NCBI GenBank assembly: GCA_965637545.1
Contig: OZ281498.1
Span: forward strand, 13,578,001 to 13,642,000
Reading direction: 5' to 3'
Length of the DNA: 64,000 bases
Origin: Phallusia mammillata
Taxonomy: Eukaryota
This document shows, piece by piece, positions 11,282-22,861 of this stretch (positions are counted from its first letter, which is position 1; each line of letters begins with the position of its first letter). The notes under the pieces are model-generated. The model saw only the letters and a list, made by a program, of their open reading frames with translations, ran no database searches and was not told where the DNA came from. The position numbers were made by a program, and so were the translations under genes.

Positions 11282-13040
11282 ATGTTGTATTGTTGTAATA
11301 ATTGTTGTCTGTTGTTGCTTGTTTGATGTTATTTGTGTTGGTATGTTTAAGTAAAGTATCATTTCCTTGCAAACAATGTATTCCTATTGTCTTTGAAATT
11401 TATTTCTAATGTAAACAAACATATGTGTTTGGTGGTTGTAACAGTAATGTCGAATGTAAATACAAAAATTGAACTAAATCTCTAGTGTACTTATTTGCTC
11501 TGAAAAGAAAAGTATAGGTGTGTGTTCTTATCTTTCACACTCTTTGGGCATGGTGAAGACCTGCAGTCATGAGTAGTTATACAGTTATAACCTTTGATAA
11601 AAGGTATAAAGCATTACAACCCAAAATCGAAGCCTCGTCTAACCGTCACTACCACAACACGGGACTACCACGACAAACAATTTGGTGATTTACCAATGTT
11701 ATTAATTCGTTTGCTACATGTCCAAACAATTACACGTATGGTTGGTTCAACGTTAAATTAAAGTTTTTATTTGCATATTGCAACGGAAAGCTGGAGTCAA
11801 TTGCTAGGATCCAACATGCAAAAAAGGACAAAAAGGATCATGCAGGAATTCACGCCTTGTCAGTGGCGGTATTAAAAATCGTCTCTGCGCTGAGCAGTTT
11901 GATTTGTGAAAACAGAGTAAATACAACTATGAGGTTTTGTCCTGAGCAGTCATCTGAAACTCGAGTTAATTAGTAACAAGCCAGTTCTTAACACTAGAAA
12001 GTGGGGTTCGACTTCGTCAAGACTTTTTTGCAAGGGTCAACGCAGTTTAACCAAAACAAACAATCAGGAATTCAGACAAAAGGAAATATTCTATACTCGT
12101 TTGTTGAAAAAAATAATCTTTTTCGTTACTTTGAATTCTCATGCTCGCGATGTGAGAAAACCCAAATATTACCAAAACAATAACAATACGCCGGACCAAA
12201 TAGAGGCGTCATATCGAATTAAGCTAAACACACTGAATGTGAGAAAACGCAAACACTACCAAGGTTTAATTGAAATAAAACGTAATAGTCACACTGCCAC
12301 AGCATTTGGAACAGGATATAGGGACACGGCAAATTTTGTTAATCGTCCAACGTAAGCAATTGGGTAACATTTTTTGTACATTGATAATAAAATCCGAAGT
12401 TTGCAACCGGATTAGTCTCTGAGCCTGAAACTTAATCGATTTTTTCTGATAAGGGAGGTTGAAATCAACAAGTTGCTCAGGAGACGGGACAAAAAAAGTT
12501 TGAAAAACACTAATGTAGAAGTGTTATCAACTATACGTCACTTCACTTTGTGCTTAATGACATAAATTTCAGGGTGATTATTAAAGTGTTCCTTGCTGAT
12601 GGAATGTCATTTGCGTCACTGATTTGTATCTGCAAATCTTTATCAAATAACTTTTAGTTACAACGCCCACATCCTGAGGCAAATCGAACTTTGTACTGTG
12701 AATCGATGAATGAATTGAGTGACTGTGTATCCAGGAATATTTCGGAAATGGAGGTGACGAACCAACAAGAAAACGTGACCAGAAGAAGTTGAACAGGAAC
12801 AAAGTTTCTATTTTCACTACAGGCATTGAACGGCGCGTGTCGGGAAAGAGGCGTTGACTATTTGACAATAAGGTTACTGCAAACACACCTGCACTCATAT
12901 ATTAATGAAAAAGATTGAAAATCAGTATCGCACTTTATTAACGTGATTGACGCATGAACACGTTTGCTATTAAGGACATCAACACAAGGTTGCACATTTG
13001 CAGTTGTATCACAGACGACTTAGGAAAGGGATTTGCGAAT

Positions 13041-13603
13041 ATGAAGTTTTTCTTCGCAACATTATCGCTTTTAGCTATAATAATTTCTGTTGATTGCAAA
13101 AGGTTGTATGAAGACTCTGAGTTTTTTGGAGATGATACGACATGGAAAACATCTTTGAAACATTCGGTTCGTATGTTAAAAACGTATTTTTAAAGTGTGC
13201 ATTAATCTTAAATAAGATGTTTCCCAAACCTAAAAAGTTATCTCAGCCACAAAACAGATAGTCAAGCTAACCTCTCAATTCTCAACGGTGAAAAGGAACA
13301 CGCTTTTTTACAGGTCAAGTTTACACCCGAGGCCCGACAACTCATTCGGCAAGCAAGTTGGGAAGCCATCAAATATCTTTGTCATAGGTTTGAGGTAGAT
13401 CCCCAAATCAAACGCACAATTTGTAAAAAAGCTTCTCATTTTTGGGCTAATGTTCAACTACCAGGTGAAGTATTTAAGTTGTTTTGTCTGAAATTAAGAT
13501 GAGGATTGACATACTTTGTTCAATTTTAGATCCACAACAAAAAGAACCTTGTATCGACTGCGGAATTGCTGACCCTGTCTGTTGGAATACTTGTCCGATA
13601 TAG
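13041..13603 (+). CDS. Secreted six-cysteine (proguanylin-like) precursor P1, 116 aa, 3 exons
   Basis: Exons 13041-13166, 13314-13464, 13530-13603 (intron phases 0, 1): MKFFFATLSLLAIIISVDCKRLYEDSEFFGDDTTWKTSLKHS / VKFTPEARQLIRQASWEAIKYLCHRFEVDPQIKRTICKKASHFWANVQLP / DPQQKEPCIDCGIADPVCWNTCPI*. Signal peptide present. The first donor (GTTCGT) is weak but is the only in-frame one. The gene is well supported; the family call is inference. Confidence 0.85.
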
Positions 13604-14310
13604 TAACAACGAAATTATTTTTGTTCTTGTAGTGACATGTAAATACAAGCTTTCATTGCGTAAATAAATTGTGACATAGCCAGCAAGTGCTGTGAATCCG
13701 TATAAAGTAGTAAATGTTGGAGTTTTAAACAGAGTTAGACAAACACTAGATTTGGACAAATTTTTGATTGCAACCGCTACAAAGAGTTTATGATCTTATT
13801 GGGCAAGGCTTATATAACACTGTAGACTACCGTACACTTTCTGTACGTAGGTATTTCTCCCTACGGACATGACTAGCAAGAGCTTGTTTTTGCAGTAATT
13901 TAGTTCGGCCAAATTTGGAGTTGTGATGAAGTAGCAAGTTAATTTGTGTTCAAATAAAGACACTGCCTCATAAGTTATTCAGTTGGCTAAATTTCTTCTA
14001 ACCTGAGCTGAAAAACAATATTTAAATCATGTCTACACAACTGTTTCAATTAAAATCTAAAAGGTTGAATTGACATAAGACTGATATTAATATACACCGG
14101 TACGTATAACTATGACACAAAATTTATTTAATTTAGGTAAAGGAATTAATTTTTACAATTATAGAGAAAAACTAAAACACTCAGACAAAGACGGTGATTT
14201 GCAAAACAATGTTGACAGGCGAAATCAATCAAACAAAGCAAATAATTAAATACAAGTAAGGAGTGGTTCCCTCAAAGTGAAACTTCCGGTTTTACTTCTT
14301 AATTTTCACT

Positions 14311-14863
14311 TTATAGAGGGCAGGAATCCCAACATACAGGGTCCGCAATTGTGCAATCCAAACAGCTGTTAAGTGGTTCTTCTGTCGGAACATGCAAAAA
14401 ATGTTTAAATGGATAATAAAAAAATCGATATACTCGGTGGTAAATGTCAAAAATGAATAATGAAGGATTTTTGTGAAAACGTACTTTCATTATAAGTGAC
14501 AGGTTGCACACGGTACATTTGGCTCAGTGCCCGACTGCAAATACTGCTTTTGATTTCCGGCAGGGTTTTATCGTCCAAGCAGAGGTAGGAAATCGCCCGA
14601 AAACTTGCCTCACGAATCTGCATTTTTGCCTCATCCGAAAACAAAGCTGCCTGTAGAGAAAAGGTAGTCAAAGGTTTCAACTGCAGAAAAGCGTATATTT
14701 TAGTATCGGTCTATAAGTTAAATCACGCACATGTAAATAGTTTTTTAAGCGCTAGGTTTTGAACTACCTTTCTTTCCTGATCATTTGCTTGGTCTGTGGG
14801 CAAATTTGCAGCAAGGGTTATAGTCACAAAACACATGAAGATTATACTGGTTACAGTCTTCAT
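14311..14863 (-). CDS. Secreted six-cysteine (proguanylin-like) precursor P2, 110 aa (120 aa with the upstream acceptor), 3 exons
   Basis: Exons 14863-14768, 14650 (or 14680)-14485, 14381-14311 (phases 0, 1): MKTVTSIIFMCFVTITLAANLPTDQANDQERK / AALFSDEAKMQIREASFRAISYLCLDDKTLPEIKSSICSRALSQMYRVQPVTYNE / KEPLNSCLDCTIADPVCWDSCPL*. Confidence 0.87.
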
Positions 14864-14931
14864 CTTGGTCTCTTACGATGATGTTTCCGAGTAGTATGGC
14901 GATTTTTGTGGACCAACAAGCCACAAGAACT

Positions 14932-14941
14932 CTTATATATA
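14932..14941 (-). promoter_or_regulatory. TATA box of P2
   Basis: TATATATAAG on the minus strand about 70 nt upstream of the P2 ATG. TATA-like words lie 40-75 nt upstream of the other four paralogues (12968, 17025, 20287, 22781). Confidence 0.5.
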
Positions 14942-17024
14942 CAAATATTGGCGAGATAAGACTTATCGGTCAACACTACGTGACCAAATACCCGAAAAGT
15001 GACAGATTGTCGCTCAAGTCGCGCTGTCGTTAAAATCTATTTAATTACTGATTCTGGACCTTCCGGACGTCACAGCACTACAGTTATTGCAGTCATGAAT
15101 TTTGGATGTCAAAATTTTAATGACTAGATGTTTACCTGCAAATGATCAAGCTGGGATACTTTTGTAAGCGTCAAACGGTTAAAAATACCTCACGAACTGA
15201 GTGGAACAGATGGGACATTATTAATATGTCGCGTGTCGTCGGTGATGTGCGCAATGAAAGGGAAATTTAATGTAACACCGTTTTAGGTCGATTCGGACTA
15301 CAAAGGTTTTGTTGCCAAGCAACAACTGTTTTAAGGTTTGTCGCTCCATTTTTGCAACAGATGCAACTAATGATGTATACAGTATGTTCTGGCTCACGGA
15401 AAATGTGTCATATTTTTCCCATTCTCTAAAAAGTGTACAACTTTTGTACAACTTCTGTCATTATTTTCATACTTGTCAGTCTAACTTGTGTTCAAATACA
15501 ACACAAAGCGTACCACCCAGTTGATCAAATACTTGTAGACACCCGAAACGACCCTTTGCTAAACAAACTACATCATATTGTCGTGATACCACTCAGCAAA
15601 GGGCGTAATTTTTCTTATCGTAGCTCGCATTTTTGTTTGCATACGAAAAGAATGTGAAAACCGTTCTGACCTCCCGTCCTATTCGTTCTCTATCGCCGTT
15701 TAGTGATAAGACTTTCTGACCTTCGATCAAATGTATATGGGATTCAGATAAAATTGCATGACGATAAATAGCAAACTTCCAAGACATACTAGTATTGTAG
15801 CGTCTCATTCACGCTTTTCGGGATTAAACCAGATTTATTAATGTTGCTGTCCAATACGCAACACACCATCAGAACACGCTAGGTTCATGCAACAGACGAC
15901 ACGAGATGGTAACCGGTACATTATAAAACACTTCAAGTATGATTTTAAAACGCATAGAAAAAGCACATGTTTGTGTAGCCCACTAATAAGTCGCAAACGG
16001 CACAAATATCCATTAAAAACGGAATATCTCTAAAAATGCGGACAATTAGGGATATTTAAGTTGGGGTAAGGTCACGTATCGCAATTTGCGCCTCGTTTCG
16101 AAATTTAGATAGATGTGGGTCTGCTTCATGGTATGGCGTTAGTAGCTCTACCCATTTGTTTTCGTTTTCGTTTTCCCAACAGCTTGGATATTTTTTATCG
16201 ATTACAGACAAAGGTATTTTTTTTTTAAAATATTAAATTTTAGTGTTTAATTTTACTACTAGCTTTAAACTTCTTAATAAATCGAAAGTACAAATGTGTG
16301 ATTCGTAAGTGAGGCCGCTTGTACCTAAAAACGAACAGAATTCTGTTGTATAGCATTATTCAGCACATTAATGCAACAAATAAAGGCAGTACTACATCCA
16401 CAAGGGCAGATTACAAACCAAACATGAGAGCAGCTGCCAAGTTATTACTTTCGTGGCCACAAACTAATTTATTTGAATTTCATGTACATTCTAACACTAT
16501 TATAAAGAATGAGGTGTTTAGGATCCAGCCCTAAAGCTAAACATACAGTTTTTGCACCGACGACGCCTGTTTCTAGTATTTAGATATGCGTTACAATTTC
16601 CACTCGTTGAATGTTTCAAAAACTATAAGCGGTCAGTGTTTAGGCCTAATATACCTATTACTTTTTCCCAGTAACTGTACATAGCACTATATGTCAATAG
16701 CAGATGTTGCCGTTCAGAAAACGTCAACGTTCCAATATTTATCATTTGCGACAACGGATTTCGGTAACAATTGCAAATAATGTGCCATTGTTAGGATAAT
16801 GAGAACCGCGTATAGTTTAATAAAGAATTGTTATTTATTACCTATATTAAGTCTCAAAACCATTATTGTTTTTTAAACTCCATCATATGCTTATCTTGAA
16901 GAGTAATCATTAACCGTTACGAGCGCCAACAAATATTATTTGACATCTGTTTTTTGAGTGTCAATTTCCACCTACTCTTGTCGAGCAAAAGTGCGTTTTA
17001 ATAATTGAAAATTTTTTAAAGAAT

Positions 17025-17032
17025 TATAAAAG
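17025..17032 (+). promoter_or_regulatory. TATA box of P3
   Basis: Consensus TATAAAAG about 70 nt upstream of the ATG at 17102. Confidence 0.55.
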
Positions 17033-17101
17033 ACTGACACGTAACATGATCCACATTTTCTTTGTTTCTGTGATACGAGTTGAATCGCATATTAAACCAG
17101 A

Positions 17102-17781
17102 ATGAAGCTGATTGTGTTGATTGCATGCGTTTGCGCAGCGTCTGCAAGTTCTCTTTCCATTTCTCCTGGAGATCAACAAACGATGGAATTGGAAGCACCG
17201 GTAAATTTTATTTGCTTATAATCAGCATCACTGAGTGGTGGTTGCTTTTAAAAAATAACTATGATCAATGAAACCGGTTTTCGGTGCCAGCGACAATTAC
17301 CTGTGACTGCAGGTTTTACGGATATTTAATCATCTATTTGCTGCTTTTAGGTCAACAGAATTAAATTTTCGGAACATTCAAAAACACAACTGAGAGAAGC
17401 TGCAATTTTGGCAATTAAGGAGCTTTGTCTTAACGAGAATTGTGACCCTCTCATCCTCACCACTATTTGTCAAAAAGCACTTACCCGACAATTTAAAGAA
17501 ACAACAAGTAAAAAATGCTTTCTTGCTACTTCTAGATTTAAATGTGTTAAATGTGTTATTCGCCATATTACTTTAATTAGTTAACACTTAAAATTACAAT
17601 CAGCGATAGAAGAAACACAGTTTAGTTTCTTTATCGATCGTCTTCATTATTTTCAAGATTATAACTTTAAATTGCCTTACACAACGATATTTTTGCAGGT
17701 GGATATTCTACAGCATCTCTTTACGCGTGCATGGACTGCGAAGTAGCGGACCCAGTCTGCTACGATTCCTGCCCACAGTAA
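17102..17781 (+). CDS. Secreted cysteine-rich (proguanylin-like) precursor P3, 112 aa, 3 exons
   Basis: Exons 17102-17200, 17351-17507, 17699-17781 (phases 0, 1): MKLIVLIACVCAASASSLSISPGDQQTMELEAP / VNRIKFSEHSKTQLREAAILAIKELCLNENCDPLILTTICQKALTRQFKETT / SGYSTASLYACMDCEVADPVCYDSCPQ*. Confidence 0.88.
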
Positions 17782-18121
17782 TCGACCAACTTCGATTTTT
17801 CCCCCGACTTGTAATTTCGTTTGTTGAATAATAAAAATGATGTCATCGTGAATCGGACTTGTGTGGTATGAAAATTTATTTCAAAACAAACGCAGTAAAC
17901 ACACCAATTACCGCTAGATGTCACTATACGACAAAAACAGACATCAAAAGCAAAATTCTAATTTCTACCACAGAAACCTAAACAAACCTGTCTATATGCA
18001 CCGACAATAGTGAATCATGGCTCCATAAACCAATGCTATCACATAAAATGTATTGACACAATTCAAAACAGCGTCGTTTCTTTAAGACAAACGACACACA
18101 CGAGCTTTTTATTCTTTAGCA

Positions 18122-18459
18122 CAGGGGTCACCAAACTTTTTTCACTGCGGGCCGGATAAGTTTAATAATGATTCGCGCGGGCCGCATAACTATAGTTTTT
18201 GCCGTCTTTCCTTGGGACGCCAAGATATGGTCTTTCTACAATCCGATTTGCGCACAATTAACGCTTTCAGTCTTGTCTGTGACGTAGTTAATATTGATTA
18301 TACATGTCGTCGCAGAAAAAAATATTTAGGTGTAGATTACTTTTTAAACGTCACAAAGTTATCGATACGATTCGGCAAAGCAAAAAGTGTGGTCGCGGGC
18401 CGGATGAAATGACCTCGAGGCCTGGATCCGGCCCGCGGGCCGTAGTTTGGTGACGCCTG
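18122..18459. mobile_element. hAT (Charlie/Buster-type) MITE, family B
   Basis: TIRs caggggtcaccaaact / agtttggtgacgcctg; perfect 8-bp TSD ctttagca (18114-18121, 18460-18467); subterminal gcgggccg repeats. Confidence 0.92.
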
Positions 18460-19008
18460 CTTTAGCACCTTGTCTGGTAACGGTTCGAAAACTATGAAAA
18501 AGTTTGACAAAGATCAACCATATCGGTGAAAATGTGTTTTTTTCTGAATGGTAACTTGATGCAAATGTTTTATGATATAATAAACATTTATTGACTGTTC
18601 CGAGCAGACTTCAAGTTTGACACTAACCAGATTAATCGCTAAATCATAGCAACAACAGTGTAGTATTACAATACAACATGTATAAAGTACGTAATAAAGT
18701 ACGCTGTAACTTGCTGGAAAATATAATTACGGCAAACAATTGAACACAAACATAACCGCAGAACGTTGTCATAAAGTACATTTGAGCATAAACATGGTAG
18801 AGTTAAACAACAGAAGGATACTTTGCGGCTTAGGACGATTAACGAAATGACACCAAAGCCGCCAATCAGATCCAACGGGAATATAAAACCACTTTAAGGG
18901 TTTGAAATAATGATAAGCCAAACCAACCTTTTATCATTTACGCCAAACGGACTACTTTCGCAAAAAAGACATTCCTAAACCCCTCGTATAAGATGCACAA
19001 ATCACAAA

Positions 19009-19243
19009 CCGTTGTCGGCAACCGCCGGTCCGCGGCCCGGTACCGGTCCGCGAGGAGTTCGTTACCGGGCCGTATACTTTTTCATGTTAAATGCTATAAA
19101 ACTTTTTGCCCATGTATCCCAGGCATAATAAACTAATTTAAGCGTTTTTATAGCTATATATTTGTAGTTTTTTGAAGACCGGTCCGCGATGAAATTTTAG
19201 TTTCAAAACCGGTCCGCAGTGCAAAAAAGGTTGCCGACCCCTG
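19009..19243. mobile_element. hAT MITE, family A copy 2
   Basis: Colinear and highly similar to 6410-6646 over its whole length. Right TIR ggttgccgacccctg is intact, left TIR is slightly decayed, and no TSD is recognisable. Confidence 0.85.
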
Positions 19244-20331
19244 GTTTAACAGACGTGACTGGTGTCTAGTAGGGAAAATGATACATGGCATTTAGTTGGT
19301 CGGTTGTTATTCTTAATCAAGTAAGTTAATTGACCATGTACAATTAAAACGTTCAATTTCAAATCGAATCGGAAAAGTTCAGGCCAAAACCAAAACTATT
19401 TATTTGGCTAAAATGTTTCGGCCAAACGAAACTTCGGTGCATTACTAGACTCAAAATATTTACTTTACAGCAAGCACACTACGAATAGTAGTACAGAGAA
19501 ACCAATTTTCCAGTTCCAATATTTTGTAGTGGATTTGGGGTTATTTAATTGGTGCAACGGGAAAAACGATTTGCAGCAGATCAATTCCGAAAACAATGTT
19601 ATTTCCAATAAAGCACAAGTGGATATAATACTTATGAGTTCTATATATGCGGTATTGCGGTACATGTTGATAAAGTTCAACAGATAATAACTAATTACAT
19701 TAATTTATGGGGTGATCTGATGTTTGTTATCTCAGCAGCAGCACTAAAATATGGCAAAAATGCATTTACGATATACACACAACATTTATCTGTTTCATAA
19801 TGTTATACACATACAAAAATTGACATGTCACAACATTGCGCAAACATTTATCGACACTTGCCAATTGTTATTCAAAATAATAATGATAACAATTCTTATG
19901 CATACAGACCTGAGAAACCACTTTTTAATTTAGCTTATAATTGAACATTATTGATTTCGTACAAGCATGACGACACAGCTTCATAAAAGTAAATACAAAA
20001 TTGCCACATTGCGTGATAGAAGTAAGATTAGTTCGTTCCAAACAAATATATATTGCGTACACTGTACATGTATTACCCGCTTTCTATTTGAACGGCCTAA
20101 TTCAATAAGTTTGATTCACATCTTGTTTGCTATTTGTTATCCGTAATATGAGTGGATTAGTAATATCCACCTTATCTACGACTCACAACGTAAGCGGACT
20201 TAATAAATTTGTTGTTTACCATCAGAATTTTAGCACTGTATATATATATGCTTAAACATTTAGTTCTTTCAAACGATATTTTCTAGCATAAAAAGGGTTT
20301 CATTGTTCGATACTGCGTAATAACCTTAAAA

Positions 20332-21160
20332 ATGTACAGTTCAACAAAAATCGCTTTTGTGTTTGCGCTCTGTGCAATTGTGGTGAGCGGATATTCGATT
20401 CCTGATGATTACTACGAACAACTGCAGGCGTTAAAAGAAAGTTCGAAGGTAAGTTTCAAATCTTTACAAAATTAAGTTTCAAAAGTGCCACTATATGACA
20501 TGTTCGATGAAACAAAGGCCACTTTCTGTCGCTAGACACAAACTCTACAAGATATCGCATCGAATCAGTTTTTCTTCTCTTCCTAGAACATTACGAAATT
20601 CGTCACGTTTATGCTTATAGTTAGCGTGAAATGTTGAGAAAGCCTAGCTCTTTTCTCGTTTGTACCGTAGTTTTCAGGAGTGGAGTTTTCTGAAGCTGCC
20701 AAGATACAACTGCGTGAAGCGGCGAAGAAGGCCATTTCTTACGTATGTTTGCTGGACGATGTAGATCAACAGATTGTCGACACTGTGTGTGCAAGAGCCC
20801 TTCTCACTGGTGTTGGGGAACGTACTACCTGTAAGTTGCATGTAACATGTGTCACAACGAAAAATATTCAATGTCAATAGGAATAGTTGCAGTCACAATA
20901 GACAATTCCGCAAAATCGGACCTATCGAAAAACTATAGCTTCATCAACTTATCTAAATTTGAACTTACATGTTAAATCAATTTTGGTTATCCAATTTCAT
21001 TGATTTGAAATGCAGTTTGTTGAAGAAATAATGGAACGATCATGTGGTTTTGAACAAATTTTTGAAACGACTTATTTTAATGATTGCAGATGCGACTCCG
21101 AAAACATGCTTTGATTGCGAAGTGGCAGACCCCGTGTGTTACAACGGTTGTCCACAGTAA
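20332..21160 (+). CDS. Secreted six-cysteine (proguanylin-like) precursor P4, 115 aa, 3 exons
   Basis: Exons 20332-20448, 20671-20830, 21090-21160 (phases 0, 1): MYSSTKIAFVFALCAIVVSGYSIPDDYYEQLQALKESSK / FSGVEFSEAAKIQLREAAKKAISYVCLLDDVDQQIVDTVCARALLTGVGERTT / YATPKTCFDCEVADPVCYNGCPQ*. Both donors are GTAAGT. Confidence 0.9.
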
Positions 21161-22861
21161 ATGCACAACACAACTTTACCAATAACGACGGACCTATTTT
21201 TCCTTTTTATTTGATTTTTTAACATTTAATTGAAAATAAAAGTTTGGGGGAATTATATAAAATGAAAAATAGTGTTATTGTATGATGTCAGAGAATAAAA
21301 AGAAAAACAACAAATTACATCAAACGAACTCTAAATGGTTAAAAAAGCTTCCAATATACTTATATTCCATACCACTTTGATAAAGTGACATCAAACACAA
21401 ACATAATCAAAATACTTGCCAAAAGCAGGCAACACCAAATTACATTATTGTCTTAATCACTTAAAACAATCATCACCTTATTTTGGTTGTTCCGTATTCT
21501 ACCCTTTACAGCTCAAAGCGACATGCAAAGGTTGCTTAAAAATCACAAATCATTTAATTGTTTGACACATAAGCACTTTTGAGGACAGTGACTCACAGGC
21601 GTTGCTTTTTGCTGCATTTGGTAACAGCAGTCAGGGAACCTATACTGTAACTTACTGGACCTATACTGTATTCCTGTAGTTTGCTATCATTTCCTTTTTA
21701 TTCCGCCGGTATGTCATAATAAGTTAATACCCTATAAGTTCTGCAATCAAACGGTTTACCGTTTTTTAATTTAAAAGCTTATTACTTTGGAGCAGCTTCG
21801 CACAAACGTATATCAAATAAGGGACAGCTGGACTGCAAAACATTGCAAAGTTCGACAGCATGTACTCAGACTTTACAACCATATTTACAATCAGCCTACT
21901 ATTGATTTAAATGCTAATCCCTAATCGGTCATGTCACCTATAATGACGTTGTCCTTCCGAAGGTATAATTTATTCATTTGTGTATTTGGCACAATTTTGA
22001 ACACAACTGCGTAATTCACAATAATGCCTAAAAGCCCACTAAAGTGACGTGCGTATACGAAAGCCCCGAAAAAGGCGCCCATCTGCCAACAAAAAGTGAT
22101 ATTTAAAAGGGTTTGAAATTGCAACTCCGGTATAGTATACAGTTGTATTGTTCAACTCGGACACGCGCGTTCTATCGCGTACTGCGGGATACGGTGAAAT
22201 CAATTGACTACCAAATACACGACTAATCTTAAAAGTAAGAGTAAATACAGGAAGTCAAATAAATTATCTCAGTTTTGCAGTGTTTGCTGCTAATGTATAA
22301 GGATTGAAAAATGACCATAGTACAAGCGTTTAGATAAAGATGAAGCATAATTTTAGACAGTTGAGTTCTCAGGATGCTCAGAATAACGATTTATCGATGG
22401 AGTTTGGTTTCTACAACATGGTAGTAAACAAGGGAAACGTTTTTTATTCGCCTCCACAGTTTGTCAAGTCGCGATAAAATTTATTGTGAACCTCCGTTGT
22501 TAGGCCAACAACCTTGCGACGGTACATACTGGATGACGTATTTACGAGTTAGTGCAGGAAGTGTAGGGAGGAGCCCCCGCTATTTACAGCAGGGTCGCAA
22601 CTTTTAATCTGTAATTTAAAGTTTAATTGGGTCTTGGGGAATTTGGAGGTAACGGCAGGTGTTGATCATCCGGTAAAAAATAGGAAATCACGTGCCGGAA
22701 AAGCATTTTGTGGCTGTGAAAGTCCGTTGTGTGTGATCGCGATTTATTGTCTAGGCAAACAATTGGGCGTAGTCGCGGCATTATAATAGACACCGACGTA
22801 GAGAGCAACCAACACAACTTTTCCAACGAGCAACGAATCGAAAAACGGGAAGAAGCAAAAG

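Larger units (their letters stand above)
64..11283 (+). repeat. Direct duplication of a ~4.1 kb unit (64-~4147 and 7134-~11283) separated by a ~3 kb unique spacer
   Basis: Identity starts abruptly at atcatgttaatacgctcggtaacc (64 and 7134), runs through all exons and introns, and breaks down just after the stop codons. Confidence 0.95.

Noticed and set aside
64-11283. GBE duplication as an uncollapsed haplotype
   Set aside because: The upstream flanks and 3' UTRs are not allelic and the 3-kb spacer is unique. It is not formally excluded without read data.
11990-12020. B-box-like GGTTCGACTTC
   Set aside because: No A box or cloverleaf upstream.
12581-12898. 105-aa minus ORF, and a plus-strand segment rich in dibasic pairs (EYFGNGGDEPTRKRDQKK...GKRR*)
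   Set aside because: No signal peptide, no partner exons and no similarity to the neighbouring peptide family.
18462-18485. Partial resemblance to miR-200a (tgtctggtaacg)
   Set aside because: The seed does not match and no hairpin is evident.
15000-22800. A sixth paralogue or pseudogene of the peptide family
   Set aside because: I scanned both strands by eye for further C-x-D-C / D-P-x-C exons and found none. A decayed copy could have been missed.
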